Shown: positions 48,919 to 61,682 of the stretch, in pieces
How the letters are laid out: each line of letters opens with the position of its first letter
Numbering within the stretch: position 1 is the stretch's first letter
NCBI RefSeq assembly: GCF_004010195.1
Contig: NC_057749.1
Span: 21,213,838 to 21,277,837 of the forward strand
Reading direction: 5' to 3'
Source of the DNA: Chiloscyllium plagiosum
Lineage: Eukaryota
DNA length: 64,000 nt
The notes under the pieces: generated by a model
What the model saw: the letters and a program-made list of their open reading frames with translations, nothing else
Database searches by the model: none
What the model was told of the DNA's origin: nothing
Translations under genes and position numbers: made by a program

Positions 48919-49865
48919 CATGCACAGTGAACTTTGATTTACGAGGAGCAACCTTCAGTACTTGCTAAGTTATCAACCTACTGAACAGACAGCAGTTACT
49001 TATATTGCTTTTCCTATCCAAGTTACCTCACCTCATTTTAGGTAAAGTTCAAAGGTTCATGATTTCCATTATTTCAGCCTGTTTTGTAAAGATAAATTCC
49101 TGATAATGTTAAACCACCGTCTTGTTGCTTCCTGTCTCTCAGTGCTGACAGTCTGTGTGCTTTGCTATGACTGCGAATGGCTAATCTCAAAGAATTCCGG
49201 AATTCCTCAGTGAATTGTTTGCAGAACATTTACATTCATGTATTAGTGACGATTAGTTCAATTGAATTGAGTTCAGTTAGCTTTATTGTCACATGTACTC
49301 AAATGAGTTCAGTGAAAAGTTTGTAAGTGGTCGCTTACAAAAATGGCATTCACACCATTAAAAAAAAGGGGGCAGAGGTCACAGTGGATCAATTCAGTTT
49401 GAGAGCTGTAATTGATTTAATCACCCTTTTGGGGCAAATTCACTGTTTCTATAGAGTCATGATTGCTGTTCCTTGTTACTCCTCCAACAAAAGTGACAGC
49501 TAAAGGATCTTGTGGCACAGTGGTAGTGTCCCTACCTCTGGGTCAGGAGAGCCGGGTTCGGATCCCATCTCCTCTGTATTAACAATCTCTGAACAGGCTG
49601 ATTGGAAAAGGGAAAGCTTTGTGGAAAGTAGAGAACTGGATCCCTCAGAGAGAGCCAGTCCTCTGGCATTATCCAATGTGTTAGAAACCGTACCTCAGTG
49701 CTCTTTCACCAGTCATATTGACTGGAAGGGTATTCGGGTCTCGTTAATTGATTGCCCCATTATTACTGACTTCCAGCTGACCCTGTCTTTACTGGAGTGA
49801 ATGGCCAGGTTCCAATCCTGTTGATTTATGATGGTGTCATTGTTTTGTGACTCTCGCTTTCCTGA

Positions 49866-51597
49866 GTGCAAGTGGATCAATGGGCTGAGGAGTGGCAGAT
49901 GAAGTTTACTTTGGATAAATGCCAGGTATTGCATTTTGGTAAAACAAACCAGGGCAGGACCTATTCAATTAAAAGTAGGGTAGTGCTGTAGAACAAAGAG
50001 ACCTAGGTGGTCCATCTTTGAAGTTTGCTGAAAATGTGTTGCTGGAAAAGCGCAGCAGGTCAGGCAGCATCCAGGGAACAGGAGAATCGACGTTTCGGGC
50101 ATAAGCCCTTCTTCAGGAATGAGGAAACTGTGTCCAGCAGGCTAAGATAAAAGGTAGGGAGGAGGGACTTGGGGGAGGGGCGTTGGAAATGCGATAAGTG
50201 GAAAGAGGTCAAGGTGAGGGTGATAGGTCAGACTGGGGTGGGGGCGGAGAGGTCAGGAAGAAGATTGCAGGTTAGGAAGGCGGTGCTGAGTTCGAGGGAT
50301 TTGACTGAGACAAGGTGGGGGGAGGGGAAATGAGGAAACTGGTGAAATCCGAGTTCATCCCTTGTGGTTGGAGGGTTCCTAGGCGGAAGATGAGGCGCTC
50401 TTCCTCCAACCATCGTGTTGTTGTGGTCTAGCGATGGAGGAGTCCAAAGACCTGCATATCCTTGGTGGAGTGGGAGGGGGAGTTGAAGTTTGCGTTGCAT
50501 GTAAACAGGATGGTTAAGAAGGCGTTTAGCATCCTTGCCTTCATTGCTTGGACCTTTTTGAGTATGGGAGTTGGGATGTCATGTTGAGGTTGTACAGGAT
50601 GTTGGTAAGACTTCTTCTGGAGTATCATAGAATCTTTACAGTGCGGAAACAGGCCATTTTGGCCCAACAAGTCCACACTGACCCTCCAAAGAGTAGCCCA
50701 CTCAGACCCATTCCCCTATTCTATTACTCTACATTTGCCCCTGACTAAAGCACCTAACCTACACATCCCTGAACACTAAGGGCACTTTAGCATGGGCAAT
50801 TCACCCTAACCTGTACGAGGAAACTCACACAGACACAGAGAGAATGTGCAAACTGCACACAGACAGTTGCCTGAAGCTGGAATCGAACCTGGATCCCTGG
50901 CGCTGTGAAGCAGCACTGCTAACCACTGAGCCACCCAGCACTGAGCCACTGAGCCACCCAGCACTGAGCCACTGAGCCACCCAGCACTGAGCCACTATGC
51001 CACCCAGCACTGAGCCACTATGCCGCCCAGCACTGAGCCACTATGCCGCCCAGCACTGAGCCACTATGCCGCCCAGTACTGAGCCACTATGCCGCCCAGT
51101 ACTGTGTCCAGTTATAGGAAGGACATTATTAAGCTGGAGACGGTTCAGAAAAGATTCACCAGGATGTTGCCAGGGCTGGAGGGTTTGAGTGATAAGGAGA
51201 GGCTGGATAGACTGGGGCCGTTTACACTGGACCACAGGAGGTTGAAGGGGTGACCTTATTGAGGTTTATAAAATCACAAGGGGTATGGATCAGGTGAATG
51301 GCGGGTGTCTTTTCCCGAGGGTTGGAGATTTCAAGACTCAGTGCATATTTTTAAGGTGAGAGGACAAAGATTTTGAAAAGACGAGAGGCAACTTTTTTAT
51401 AGATAGTGGTTTGTGTGTGGACGATGTGGGTACACTTACAATGTTTAAAAGACATTTGGGTTAGTTCATGAACAACAAATGTTTGGAAGGATATGGGCCG
51501 AGTGCAGGTAGGTGGGACAGTTTAGTTTGGGATTATGTTTGGCGTGGACTGGTTGGACCAAGGCGTCTGTTTCTGTGCTGTATGACTCAATGACTAT
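49866..51597 (+). mobile_element. CR1 3' part interrupted by a Penelope fragment (50029-50482, -) and an HE1 SINE (50627-50935, -)
   Basis: CR1 motifs resume across both inserts. The PLE has TSD TTGAAGTTTGC (50018-50028, 50483-50493), the GIY-YIG tail SPSHSTKDMQVFGLLHR and a hammerhead core at 50089-50116. Confidence 0.85.
50924..51104 (-). repeat. 23-bp tandem array derived from the SINE 5' end (CACTGAGCCACTATGCCGCCCAG)
   Basis: About 8 units read directly at the SINE/CR1 junction. Confidence 0.9.
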
Positions 51598-52022
51598 GCC
51601 TCTACGAGTGCACATTCACCTGTAGAGAGTGTCCATTGAGGTGTGATACCTGATCCAAGACAGGCTAGTGTCTTTCTCACATACCCAGAAGATCAGTTGT
51701 CCTTCTCAGCTTTCCTGTTTATTCATGGGAAGTGGGTGTCACTGGCTAGTCCAGTATTTGACACCCATTCCTTCATTTCATTGGAGAAGTTGATAGTGAG
51801 CTGCCATTTTGAACGATGACAGTCCTTGGGGTCTAAGGACATCCTGAACACTGTTTGGAAGGGAATTCCAGGATTTTGACCCAGTGACAGTGATATATTT
51901 CCAAGTCAGGATGGTGTGGGGGTTTGGAGGGGAGCTTGTAGTTGGGTGGTGTCCCTGTGTCTCCTTCAAGGTGTTAGGGACTGTACATTAGAATCAGAAT
52001 TAGCTTCATTGTCACACGAGTC

Positions 52023-52340
52023 CAGGTACACAATCCTTTATCTGAAATCCGAAAAGCTCCGAAAACCGAATATGTATCGTGGAGTGTGGAGTGTCATTTT
52101 GGTGTGCGAACAGGTGACCCGACTCCACACCCACCTCACTCAGGTGTGACATGGCAGTGTGGCCCAGCACTGGCAGGCATCAGTTCTGCCTCAGCGTGAG
52201 TACTATTCCCACATTGGTCTGCTGTTAGGTTTTGTTTTAAATTTCACTGTGAAAATATCATTGATTCCAAAATCTGAAAAATTCCAAATTACAAAAAAAA
52301 AACTGGCCGCAAGGATTTCGGATAAAGGATTGTGTACCTG
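52023..52340. mobile_element. Tc1/mariner (Tigger-like) MITE
   Basis: ~28-bp TIRs CAGGTACACAATCCTTTATCTGAAATCC / GGATTTCGGATAAAGGATTGTGTACCTG. Confidence 0.8.
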
Positions 52341-53122
52341 TGCAGCGAAAAGTTAACAAGTTTCCACCTTATGGTGCCATCTTAGGTACCAAGGTAACCA
52401 GGTACAGATTCTTAAATACAAGTTCTTCGGGGGAAAGAAATTAGAAAAATGAAGAGATAAAAAGCTCAGGAATAAATTAGAAAAATAGAGAAATAGCAGT
52501 CCTTCCAACCCAGACCATACTGGGCTTCACCTCAAGGTCAGGTATACCAGGAGTTTGAGTCCACGCTGAGACCTGGTGTACATGTTGTGTCCTGGGTATC
52601 TGCCCAGTCTTTTGATTTTGAGTCCATCTCTCTTCTGTGGCTCGCTTCTCCACTCTGTCTGTCCCTCTGTCTCTCTTTTCTCAGCAACCCGCCTCAGTCT
52701 ATTTACAGTTCCCCTTGTGTTTTGTTTCGATGGAGGTGATGGTATGGCAGAGAATGTGCCAATTTTTTTTCACATTGTATAAAATGAGCTGCTGCCCGTA
52801 AGACTGTGAAATGGGAATGTTCACCCGTGAGGGGTTTCTAAAGGCTGAGACCAAACATCTGCGGGGAAGGAGGGGGAAAGTTAAGATTGGAATTAATCGA
52901 AGCTCGGCATGGAGGCTGGGAGGGGAAGACTGACAACTGGAGAATGAGAAGATTCAGAAGAAGAGTCATATTAAACTCGAAACATTAACTCTGTTTCTCT
53001 CTTCACAGACACTGACGGACCTACTGAGTTTCTCCAGCACTCTCTGTTTCTGTTTTATGGAGGAGGGGACACTGCTTTAGAGCAGCAGAGCTTGTGTTTT
53101 GTGCTCAGAAACAGAAAAGGTG

Positions 53123-53465
53123 ATGGCCTAGTGGTATTATCATTGGACTGTTAATTCAGAGACCGAGGTAACGTTCTGGGGACCCGGGCTCAAATCCCGC
53201 CATGGCAGATGGTGAAATTTGAATTCAATACAGAAGTCTGGAATTAAGGGTCTAATGATGACCGTGAATCCGTTGTCGGGACAAAAACCCGTCTGGTTCA
53301 CTGATGCCTTTATAGAGAGAGAAGCTGCCATCCTCACCTGGTGCTGAATCCAGACCCACATCAATGTGGATGATTCTTAACTACCCTCTGGGCAATTAAG
53401 GGCAGGTCCAAATGATGATCTCACTAGCGCTGCCCTCATCCTGTGAATGAATGAATAAAAAAATC
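53123..53465 (+). mobile_element. Second tRNA-derived SINE family (related copies ~4535-5335 -, ~45090-45350 +, ~63830-63980 +)
   Basis: TGGCCTAGTGG A box, GGGCTCAAATCCC B-box-like, tail shared with the GGGCAATAAATG LINE family. Confidence 0.75.
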
Positions 53466-53597
53466 TCATTCATAATTACTGAGAGAAGAGTATAAGCCAG
53501 TGAGAGGCTTATCTGGAGGTCGGACATTTTGGAAGGGACAAGGTGGCTAACGGGGGCTGCTGGGATGAGTTGAGTCAGATCGGACTCCTATGAGACT

Positions 53598-54107
53598 TAG
53601 AGTCATAGTGATGTACAGCATGGTAACAGACCCTTTGGTCCAACTTGTCCATGCTGACCGGATATCCCAACCTAATCTAGTCCCAACTGCCAGCACTTGA
53701 CCTATATCTCTCTAAACCCTTCCCATTCATATACCCACCGAGATGCCTTTTAAATGTTGTAATTGTACCAGCCTCCACCACTTCCTCTGGCAGCTCATTC
53801 CGTACATGCACCATCTTCTGCGTGAAAAAGTTGCCCCTTAGGTCCCTTTGGTATCTTTCCCCTCTCACCCTAAACCTATGCCCTCTAGTTCTGGACTCCC
53901 CAACCCCAGGGAAAAGACCCTGTCTATTTATCCTATCCATGCCCCTCAGGATTTTATAAACTTCTATAAAGGTCATCCCTCAGCCTCCGATGCTCCAGGG
54001 AAAACAGCCCCAGCCTGTTCAGCCTCTCCCCATAGCTCAAACCCTCCAAACCTGGCAACATCCTTATAAATCTTTTCTGAACCCTTTCAGGTTTCATAAC
54101 ATCCTTC
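53598..54107 (-). mobile_element. CR1 LINE 3' part
   Basis: ORF 53677-53976 (IEVYKILRGMDR..FFTQKMVHVRNELP). Confidence 0.88.
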
Positions 54108-55619
54108 TGAGGGGGGAAGGAGTGGGGGTGAGGGAAACAGGAAAGATGTTGCCAGGCGAAAGGCTGAGTGATGAGAGGGGGAGAGTGAGACCACGTCGTT
54201 GTATTCTCAGTCACAGACCTAGGGGGCACCACACTGTTCTAATTCAAAAGAGAAACCTCTGGTGGACAGGACACATCAGGCATTGGCTTCCCAACCCCCA
54301 ACTGCCTCCCAAAATCTACCCCAGCCTTGCCCCTCACACCCTATCACCTCATCCCCCTTCTACCTCCCCCTCCATGTTGGAGGTACCCAGACACAAAAGC
54401 ACATTACATGCAGCTTTTCCTCCATCTCGTGGGAAATGGTTCACTCCAGTATAACTACGCTCAGAAAACCCTGCTTTCGGTTCCAACATGAGCTCATGGA
54501 CATTTTCGGCCCGATTTTCCTCGACCTTTCGTTGCAGGGGGGGTCATGGGGAGACCCAGTGGAGTTACTCGTAACCATGTGGAGGTGGGGTTGGAGGGGA
54601 GGGGGTCGGATTTAAAAAGACATAAAGAAAGAAACTGTTTTCTCTGGAAGGTGGGCTGGTGACTGGAGCTTCATCGGTTTAGAACAAACGGCAAAATAGC
54701 CAGAGCAGGAATGTCTTCACACAGAGGATTATTAAAACTTGGAAAACGCAACCTGGAAGGACGGTGGGATCAGATTCCATTGGAATTCCCTCAAGGTGTA
54801 AGCTCGAAAGAACAAATATGCCAGGTTAGGGGCTAAAAGTCAGGCTAACTTGGACATCTCTTGCAAAACAGCTGGCACAGCCATGATGGGCTGAATGGCC
54901 TCCTCCTGTAAAGTCCTCTGTTTCCCGTCACTCTGAAATTGTTTGAGAATGTTTAAAAATCAGGAACAAGAGAAAACAGTTCGTATTGGGCTGATTACAG
55001 GTAGACTGCTGTCTGAATAAGACAACTGGATGGTGCATTAATGCTGTTTCAACACTTCCTGCTCAACTGCAAGTATAATACACCAGAACTCCCTTTATAT
55101 ATTGCAATTACTGTAACACTGACTTATTAGGAGCACTTTCATGAAATTAATCAAATGACTAATCCATTTCACCGGGACTTCTGAAATATTTCTGTCTTTG
55201 GGAGCTTAATTATCAAGCGATCTGACGCTACAAACGAAATTTTATTCTAACGAGAGTTTTACTGTAAAGTTCTAAAGAAAGATTCATTATAAAGGGTGTT
55301 TCGCTGTAACCATTACATTCTGACAAGTTTGATTTTCATTGCATTGACTGTGTTAATAATTATGGCACTGAGTTTAATGTGCCCATCCCTGAAACTCAAG
55401 TCTTTTTAAATTCACCATCACTGTGTATTAAACTGTAAGAGTAAAGAAATAAAATATTGTCCAACTGAATTTGCAATCGACTGGATTTTTCCTCTGCATT
55501 CAAACGAAATCAGTGTTGGTCCAAATTGCTATTCTCTAATGTACTAGGAGTAGGAAGATGAATGCGCTGTGCTTTACAACAAACCAGACCAGACCCCCCT
55601 CAAATTACTTTAAGAACAC

Positions 55620-56302
55620 CCCACAGTGTGGAAGCAGGCCATTCAACCCATTGAGTCCACCGCAACCCTCCAAAGAGCACATCCCGGGATGCTCGGGCCA
55701 ATTCCACAAGGCTAATCCACCCTAACCTGCACATCTTTGGACTAGAGGGTGGCGTGGTTAGCACTGCTGCCTCACAGCACCAGGGACTCAGGTTCAATTC
55801 CACCCTCAGGCGACCATGTGGCATTTGCACATTCTCCCCGTGTCTGCATGAGTTTCCTCCCTCAGTCCGAAGACGTGCGGGTTAGGTGGACTAGCCATGC
55901 CTTGGTAAATGTGGGGTTAGGGTGAGATGCTCTCCAGAGAGTTGGTGCAGACTCAAAATGTGACAGGCAACTTCTGTGGGTGCTCTAGCAGTGGGAACTG
56001 CTCATGTTGATAGAGAGACCAGAACCCTGCTCTTCAAAACGAGGCAGCATGGTGGCTCAGTGGTTAGCACTGTTGCCTCAAAGCGCGGGGGCCTCGGTTC
56101 GATTCCTATCTGTGTGGAGTTTGTGCATTCTCCCTGTGTCTCTGCGGGTTTCCTCCCACAATCCAAAGATGTGCAGGTTAGGTGAATCAGCCATGCTAAA
56201 TTGTCCATAAGTGTCCAGTGGAATGGGACTGGGTGGATTACTCTTCGGAGGGTTGTTTTGGGCTGAAGGGCCTGTTTCAATACTGTAGGGAATCTAATCT
56301 AA
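55620..56302. mobile_element. Cluster of HE1-type SINE fragments (both strands)
   Basis: SINE boxes and V-domain at ~55620-55745 (-), ~55748-55960 (+) and ~56047-56302 (+). Confidence 0.75.
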
Positions 56303-59300
56303 AAACAGTGCTGTGGGATTTTTTTCCTCTCCACCTGCGAGAGTAGGCTATTTCTCTGGAGGTTGGTGTCTCCAACAGAGCAGCTTTCCCTCAGTACTCC
56401 ACACTGGAAGGTCAGCCTCGGACTTTGTGCTCAGGTTTCTGGGGAGTGGGCTGTAAATTGGAAATTGTGGCTCAGGGTGAGATCCGCCATGATTGTATTG
56501 AACCAGCAGGGCAGGTTCGAAGGGCTGAGTGGCCTACTGTTGTTCCAGGTTGTGAAACAGAATATCCACACTCAGTCGCGAGAGTGCCACCAACTGTGTA
56601 ATATTACTGTATTAATGTTTAGCTATTTTAATCGAGCTGTTTGCAATTTTTTCATGAATGGAGTCTCAGGATTTTTCTGACTCAGAGCCCTAAGGTTCGG
56701 GATTTTGTGTGGGTTCTGTCTGGTTTGATAGGTCACTCTGTAATTTAGACTGAGAGCAATGAGGTAAAGCAGCCAGCGCTGGGGACATTTATCCTGAGTC
56801 AGTCAGACACAAGCCTGACCGCACAGCACTGGTGAGTCATGGTACAGTATCATCTAGCAAGGAAGCTGATCCCAGTGAGATGGAGGGATGTTCGGTCGGT
56901 GGCTGTGGTTGACAGACCAAGGGTGGGTGGGGTAGGGACAATTGGCTGAAGCACAGCCAAGTGACCACCTCGAAGCTTTCACAAACAACTTGGCCCCATA
57001 GGATTGCACTCACCTTACTGACCACGATGATCCAGTTGCTAATTTCCCCATTGACCATAAGGTATAGAAACAGAATGATGCCATTCGGCCCATCGAGTCT
57101 GCCCTGCCATTTGATCATTGCCGATGTGTTTCTCAACCCCATTCTCTTGCCTTCTCCCGGTAACCCTTGATCCCCTCTCCAATCAAGAACCTATTTATCA
57201 CTCTCAATGATGTGGCCTCCATAGCCCTCTGTGGCAATGATCCACAGAGTAACCACTGTCTGAAAAAACTCATTATCATCTCAGTTCATTGCTGACATGT
57301 CTTTAATAAAGAAAAGCAAAATATGACGGGCGCTGAAGGTCTGAAAGAAAATGGGTTCTGAAGGTGAGTCCTGAAGGAGGGCTACACCTGAAATATTGAC
57401 TTCTCCACCTCCTGATGCTGCCTGGCTTGCTGTATTCTTCCAGCCTCCTGCCTGTCTACTCAAGGTGAGTCATACCAGACCGGAGACATCTCCACGGAGA
57501 CTGCCGGACGTGCTCAGTCTCTCCAGCACTCTCTGTTTGAACGTCTGTCTCATTTTTCTGGCTGGTTGCTCACGGATTAATGGCTGCTGGGATTTCTCCA
57601 AGAATTGCATACCCAGAGAAGAAAAAGCAAAGTGGGATATTGTTCCTGCACCAGCCGATATCAAACCTGCAGCAATTAGCTGGAGGGGACAGATCAGCAG
57701 AGATGTTCCGTTTATAATGGGGCTAATGTTTCCACTTGCCTGTGTGTCAGGCTTTCAGATGTCCAGAATACCCTATTATCTCACTTCTGAAGCAGTCAGG
57801 TTCTTTGTTAGCTGACTGTGGGCGACCCCCTCCTCTGCCCTCTTGTCCCTCCTCCAATATTGTCCACCATTTTCATCAAGGGAAGAATATGACAATTTAG
57901 GCGCCTTTTCAATGCAGTTCTGCACCGGGACATTGCACTGTCAGAGCAGTTGGCTCTTCCATCTCTAGAGAGTCAGAGACCGCTAACTGTAGGCCTTGGT
58001 CAGGGTAAAATTCAACCTTTACTCTCAGGAACCCCTAATGTTCCCACCCACACAGCAAGTGTTTAAGACACCTATGTTTTAAATCAGAAAAACCTGGAGC
58101 TAAATTTATGATAATCTTGAAAGTCACAAACTATGAATGATTCAATTGGAATAGCTAAGAATCAATTACTGTCTCAATATAATTAACATGCATGTATTAA
58201 TTAATTAACATACAGTTCCCTCTTGCTCAATAGCATACAACTTCAGCACCTCTGAAAATAAAGGGGGCATCCTTTTCATCTTGTGCTCATCAGGACACAA
58301 TTGCAAGAATACCAAATCCCAAAGTGAACAATACTGCATGAGAAGTGCAAGTGGTAGCTGCAGCTGTAGTTACAACATTTAAGACATTTGGATAAGTACA
58401 TGAATAGGAATGGTTTGGAGGGATATGGACCAAGCGCAGGCAGGTAGGACTAGTTTAATTCGGGATTATGGTCAGTATGGACTGGTTGGACCAAAGGGTC
58501 TGTTTCAGTATTATGTGACTCTATAAGAGGATGCTGATTGATTGACAATTGGTCTCTGATTGGTGGAAGTGTTGCCATGGAGAATACAGCAGAGTCAAGA
58601 TTAGAGTGATGCCGGAAAAGCACAGCAGGTCAGGCAGCATCCGAGGAGCAGGAACATCGACATTTCAGGAAAAAGCCCTTCAACAGGAATGAGGCTGGGA
58701 GAGGCAGGACAGGTCATGAGGATAGTGTTGAGCTGGAAGGTTGGAACTGGGGTTAAGGTGGCCTGGAAGGTTAGAAGCAGAGTACAGCCACGGTTTTGTT
58801 TAAATTTGAAGTAGGGACGTCACCTCTGATTGGTCAAGGAACGGCCATGAGGAATGCACCAGGAAATACCAGCTTGCGGTTTCAAATAGACCAGCTGGAC
58901 TCTAACCTAGTGTTGTGTGATTTTTGACTCGATAGTGTGTGCCTTTTTCAGCAGTATACTGTTAATCGATCAATCCAGGAATGCGCATCATTGCAAATGA
59001 CTGAGGTGGGTTTCTTGTGCACTGTGTAACTATCCCACACTGGCTGGAGATTTAATTTGTTTTTATTGGTGGAATTTGCACTGCTTTCCCTGCTTTCTTG
59101 TTTGATGGAGCCACTCCTCACACAGACTTTGTAAACTGTTTGCTGTAGCTCACTGTTTAAACAGGTCACATTTTTCACAGCGAGCAGGGAAGTGCTGAGC
59201 AGTAAAAGTCTCACCTTGCAGCCTGTCGTGATGCTGATCTCCCCTCTGGCCCAGTTACTATGGAAGCTGCCTTATTCTTTGTTAGATAGCTCTGGACCAC

Positions 59301-59453
59301 AGTCACCCTCAGTAAATGAAGGCAGGTTTGATACATGCACTGAAGCATTTTTATTGAATATTATTTTATTGAATTAACAAAGCCAACATGTAGTGACAGT
59401 TTCAGAACTGCTTCAGTGACTATGCTTGTAAACAAAGGTTTTTATGAATAAAG

Positions 59454-59642
59454 TTAAAAATCACACAACACCAGGTTATAGTCCAGCAGGTTTATTTGGA
59501 AACACGAGCCTTTGGAGTGCTGCTCCTGCATCAGGTGACACTCCGAAAGCTAGTGCTTCCAATTAAACCTGTTGGACTATAACCTGGTGTTGTGTGAGTT
59601 TTAACTTTGTACACCCCAGTCCAACACCGGCATCTCCAAATC
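59454..59642. mobile_element. Fold-back Penelope-derived insertion
   Basis: Inverted AAGTTAAAAATCACACAACACCAGG... arms; TSD ATGAATAAAG at 59444-59453 and 59643-59652. Confidence 0.82.
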
Positions 59643-61682
59643 ATGAATAAAGCACTTATTTTAAATAAGAACAAAGACAATGTTTTAGTCTGTCCACTGT
59701 GAAGCAGGTTAGAACCTAAATAGCAGCTTTGACATGGGTTGGAGTGGTAGTGGCAGGGGGTGAATTGGGGGAGGGGAAGGTGTGGAGTTAGATTTATTGT
59801 TGGATTGGTTTGAACGATAGGGCTCCCAGCTCAGTGTGTCTGCACGTCATGTACCAACGCTGCCCTCGCGGGCACAGTGAAGTGTGGCTGGGTGGGACAA
59901 ACCCCTGCCTCCTCAGACTCACTCCTGACCCTCACGTAATGCAGTCTGCCCAGTGCAGGTGCTGAAGGAGTGCTGCAATGTCAGAGGTGCTCTCTTTGGG
60001 GTGAGATGCTAAGCTGAGGCTCCCTCTGCCTTCCCAAAGCGGTTGAAGATTGAAAGTGCTCCACGGGGACCTCGGCCAATCGTTATTGTGGGAACAGAAA
60101 TCCCTGTGGAACGCGGTCCAGATCCCAAACTCTTGTCCTGGGCCTCGTGTGGAACAGCAGGCACTGCCAGATTGTCACACTGCTCAAACATTTCATCAGC
60201 TCAGTGTCTGCTGGGCCCTTTCCTTGTCTGGCTTCATCAGGAATAGAGAATGCAGTATCCCTCAGACAGCTACATCATAGCACTGCAACCCCAGTGCCCC
60301 CTCCCCTGCGACAGCATTGAATCCTAGTGAGGGGTCGAATGGACAGAAAGGTGAACTGGCAAGTCCCATGGGCAGCATGGAAGGTGGGTGGAGTGACAGA
60401 GACAGCGAGGTAGCCATGGATGAGTTGGACTGAAGGGTCTGTTTCCATGCTGTGTGACTCAATGACCTTCTGGCCTGAGAGGTAGTCTGTGTGTGTGTGT
60501 GTTGGGGGGATGGGGTAAGGGGGACAAGCAGGGATTCAGATGGGGCAGTAGCAGGGGATTTAATCATTGGATGCTGAAACTTCTGGAAGCTTTCATTGCC
60601 CCAGTCACTCCATAGGATCCCAACGCGTATCTGAGTCATAAATCCAATTCTTGAAACACCTGGCATTTTGGGGCTTTCACCTGATCATAAAATTGCAGCT
60701 GCTTGTAGGATCTTGCTGTGTCCTGTAGCCTATGTTGCCATAGCATGTGGACTTCAATTGGCAGTCCAGTTGCTCCTGGGGACATCCTCAGGCTGTGAAC
60801 GGCACCATATAAATGCAAGTCTCCCTTCAGGTAAAAGAGAGAATCATTCTGGCCCCGAACGTGGACCAAGAGGTTCTGGGGCTGTTGTCCGCTTCCAATC
60901 ACTTTTGGGATGCGAGTGACAGAAGAATCTGCTCCGTCAACTGGACTGAGAGCTCCTAGTGAGACTGTGTCTGAGGGACTGGGCCCTGCTCTTGTAGGCC
61001 TTGTTCTGCACTGACAGAACAGGAGGGGTTTGACCTGGCTAGTCTAACGTGTAAGGCACATAACATCAACTGTCTCTGCCCATCTTTGCAACTGTTCCAG
61101 GTCCAGCTCCTGCCTGGGAAGACAGCTGGGTTTTGGTGCTGGAGGTGAGAAAGAATGTGTTGCCAGGTGTGATGGATGGGAGGAGTGTGGGATGGCTCCT
61201 GTTTGACGTGGGCCTTACGTAAGCCCTGACAATGCAGCCCAGCTTCAGTAGAGCCCTGAGAGAGTCGTGCCCAAGATCACTGCATTCGACTTAATCCAAT
61301 AGGAAACGGGGGGCAGACAACTTTAGTACAGAAAACACCAGAGAAGAATATCCCAGCAGGCAACTCTGTGGTCTACCATACCCTGCACAGGACTTCGTAG
61401 GAGCAGAGTGACATTGGCAGTTACCCTTCCTACTGCCCACAAATCCCTTCCTCCACCACACACCCAAATAATGCTGTGACCATCTCCACTTCAGAGTGTG
61501 AATGAGAGGACAGCAGAGACCTGTCACTGTGTCAGCGGTTCCTGACCCAGTCATATCATCTCTAACCAACCTGTTCAGCAAAGCTAATGATACACCTCTG
61601 GAGCAGGTGGCAATTTGGCTCAGGTCTCCTGGCATAGAGGAAGGGTCACTATCACTCTGCGGCTAGAACCTTCTGGAGGGCA

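Noticed and set aside
50924..51104. CRISPR-like appearance of the 23-bp repeats
   Set aside because: No unique spacers, no cas genes, eukaryotic context; the array is SINE-derived.
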